Assembly: GCA_965285935.1 (NCBI GenBank)
Contig: OZ260663.1
Coordinates: 46,190,001-46,254,000 of the forward strand
Reading direction: 5' to 3'
DNA length: 64,000 bases
From: Ophelia neglecta
Taxonomy: Eukaryota
In this document: positions 63,809 to 64,000 of the stretch, piece by piece
Layout of the letters: every line of letters starts with the position of its first letter
How positions within the stretch are numbered: position 1 is the stretch's first letter
Translations under genes and position numbers: made by a program
The notes under the pieces: generated by a model
Databases searched by the model: none
Told to the model about the DNA's origin: nothing
Seen by the model: the letters and a program-made list of their open reading frames with translations, nothing else

Positions 63809-64000
63809 TAAAGCCTGTTGTTCTTGCTTCATTTGGAAATTACCCACTTTTAGCCCCAGAATTCTGTAAAATTTAAAATATTTAGAAAGATATGTTTAAA
63901 CCAAGTATTTAAGATTAATTTCGATGGTCTAGACATTCAAATGATCTGCAATTGAGCCTATTTCATGTAAAAACTAACGCCAAGAAGCGAAGTATCATCT

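Overview
This is animal (invertebrate bilaterian, probably lophotrochozoan or ambulacrarian) nuclear DNA, AT-rich and gene-poor. It is not prokaryotic, so almost all ORFs in the supplied track are spurious. Two developmental transcription-factor genes face each other (convergent). The first is a single-exon Olig/Beta3-family bHLH gene (BHLHE22/23, Drosophila Oli orthologue; 21796-22689, +). The second is a spliced PRD-class Q50 homeobox gene with a C-terminal OAR-like motif, most similar to the CG11294/Drgx group; three exons are resolved on the - strand (61793-56022) and the first exon is probably beyond the window. About 35 kb around the bHLH gene is a TE-poor gene desert with many CpG- and homeobox-motif-rich islands, which are candidate enhancers. 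From about 37 kb onward the window is full of nested transposons: a 3.1-kb unclassified element with ~250-bp TIRs plus a 174-bp mini-copy, a tRNA-derived SINE, a 5.6-kb CACTG-ended CMC-EnSpm element, and a Crypton deletion derivative. The CACTG element carries an intact-looking spliced orphan ORF, a zinc-finger transposase relic, and a nested Harbinger MITE and Helentron-like insert. All calls come from manual reading; no searches were run.
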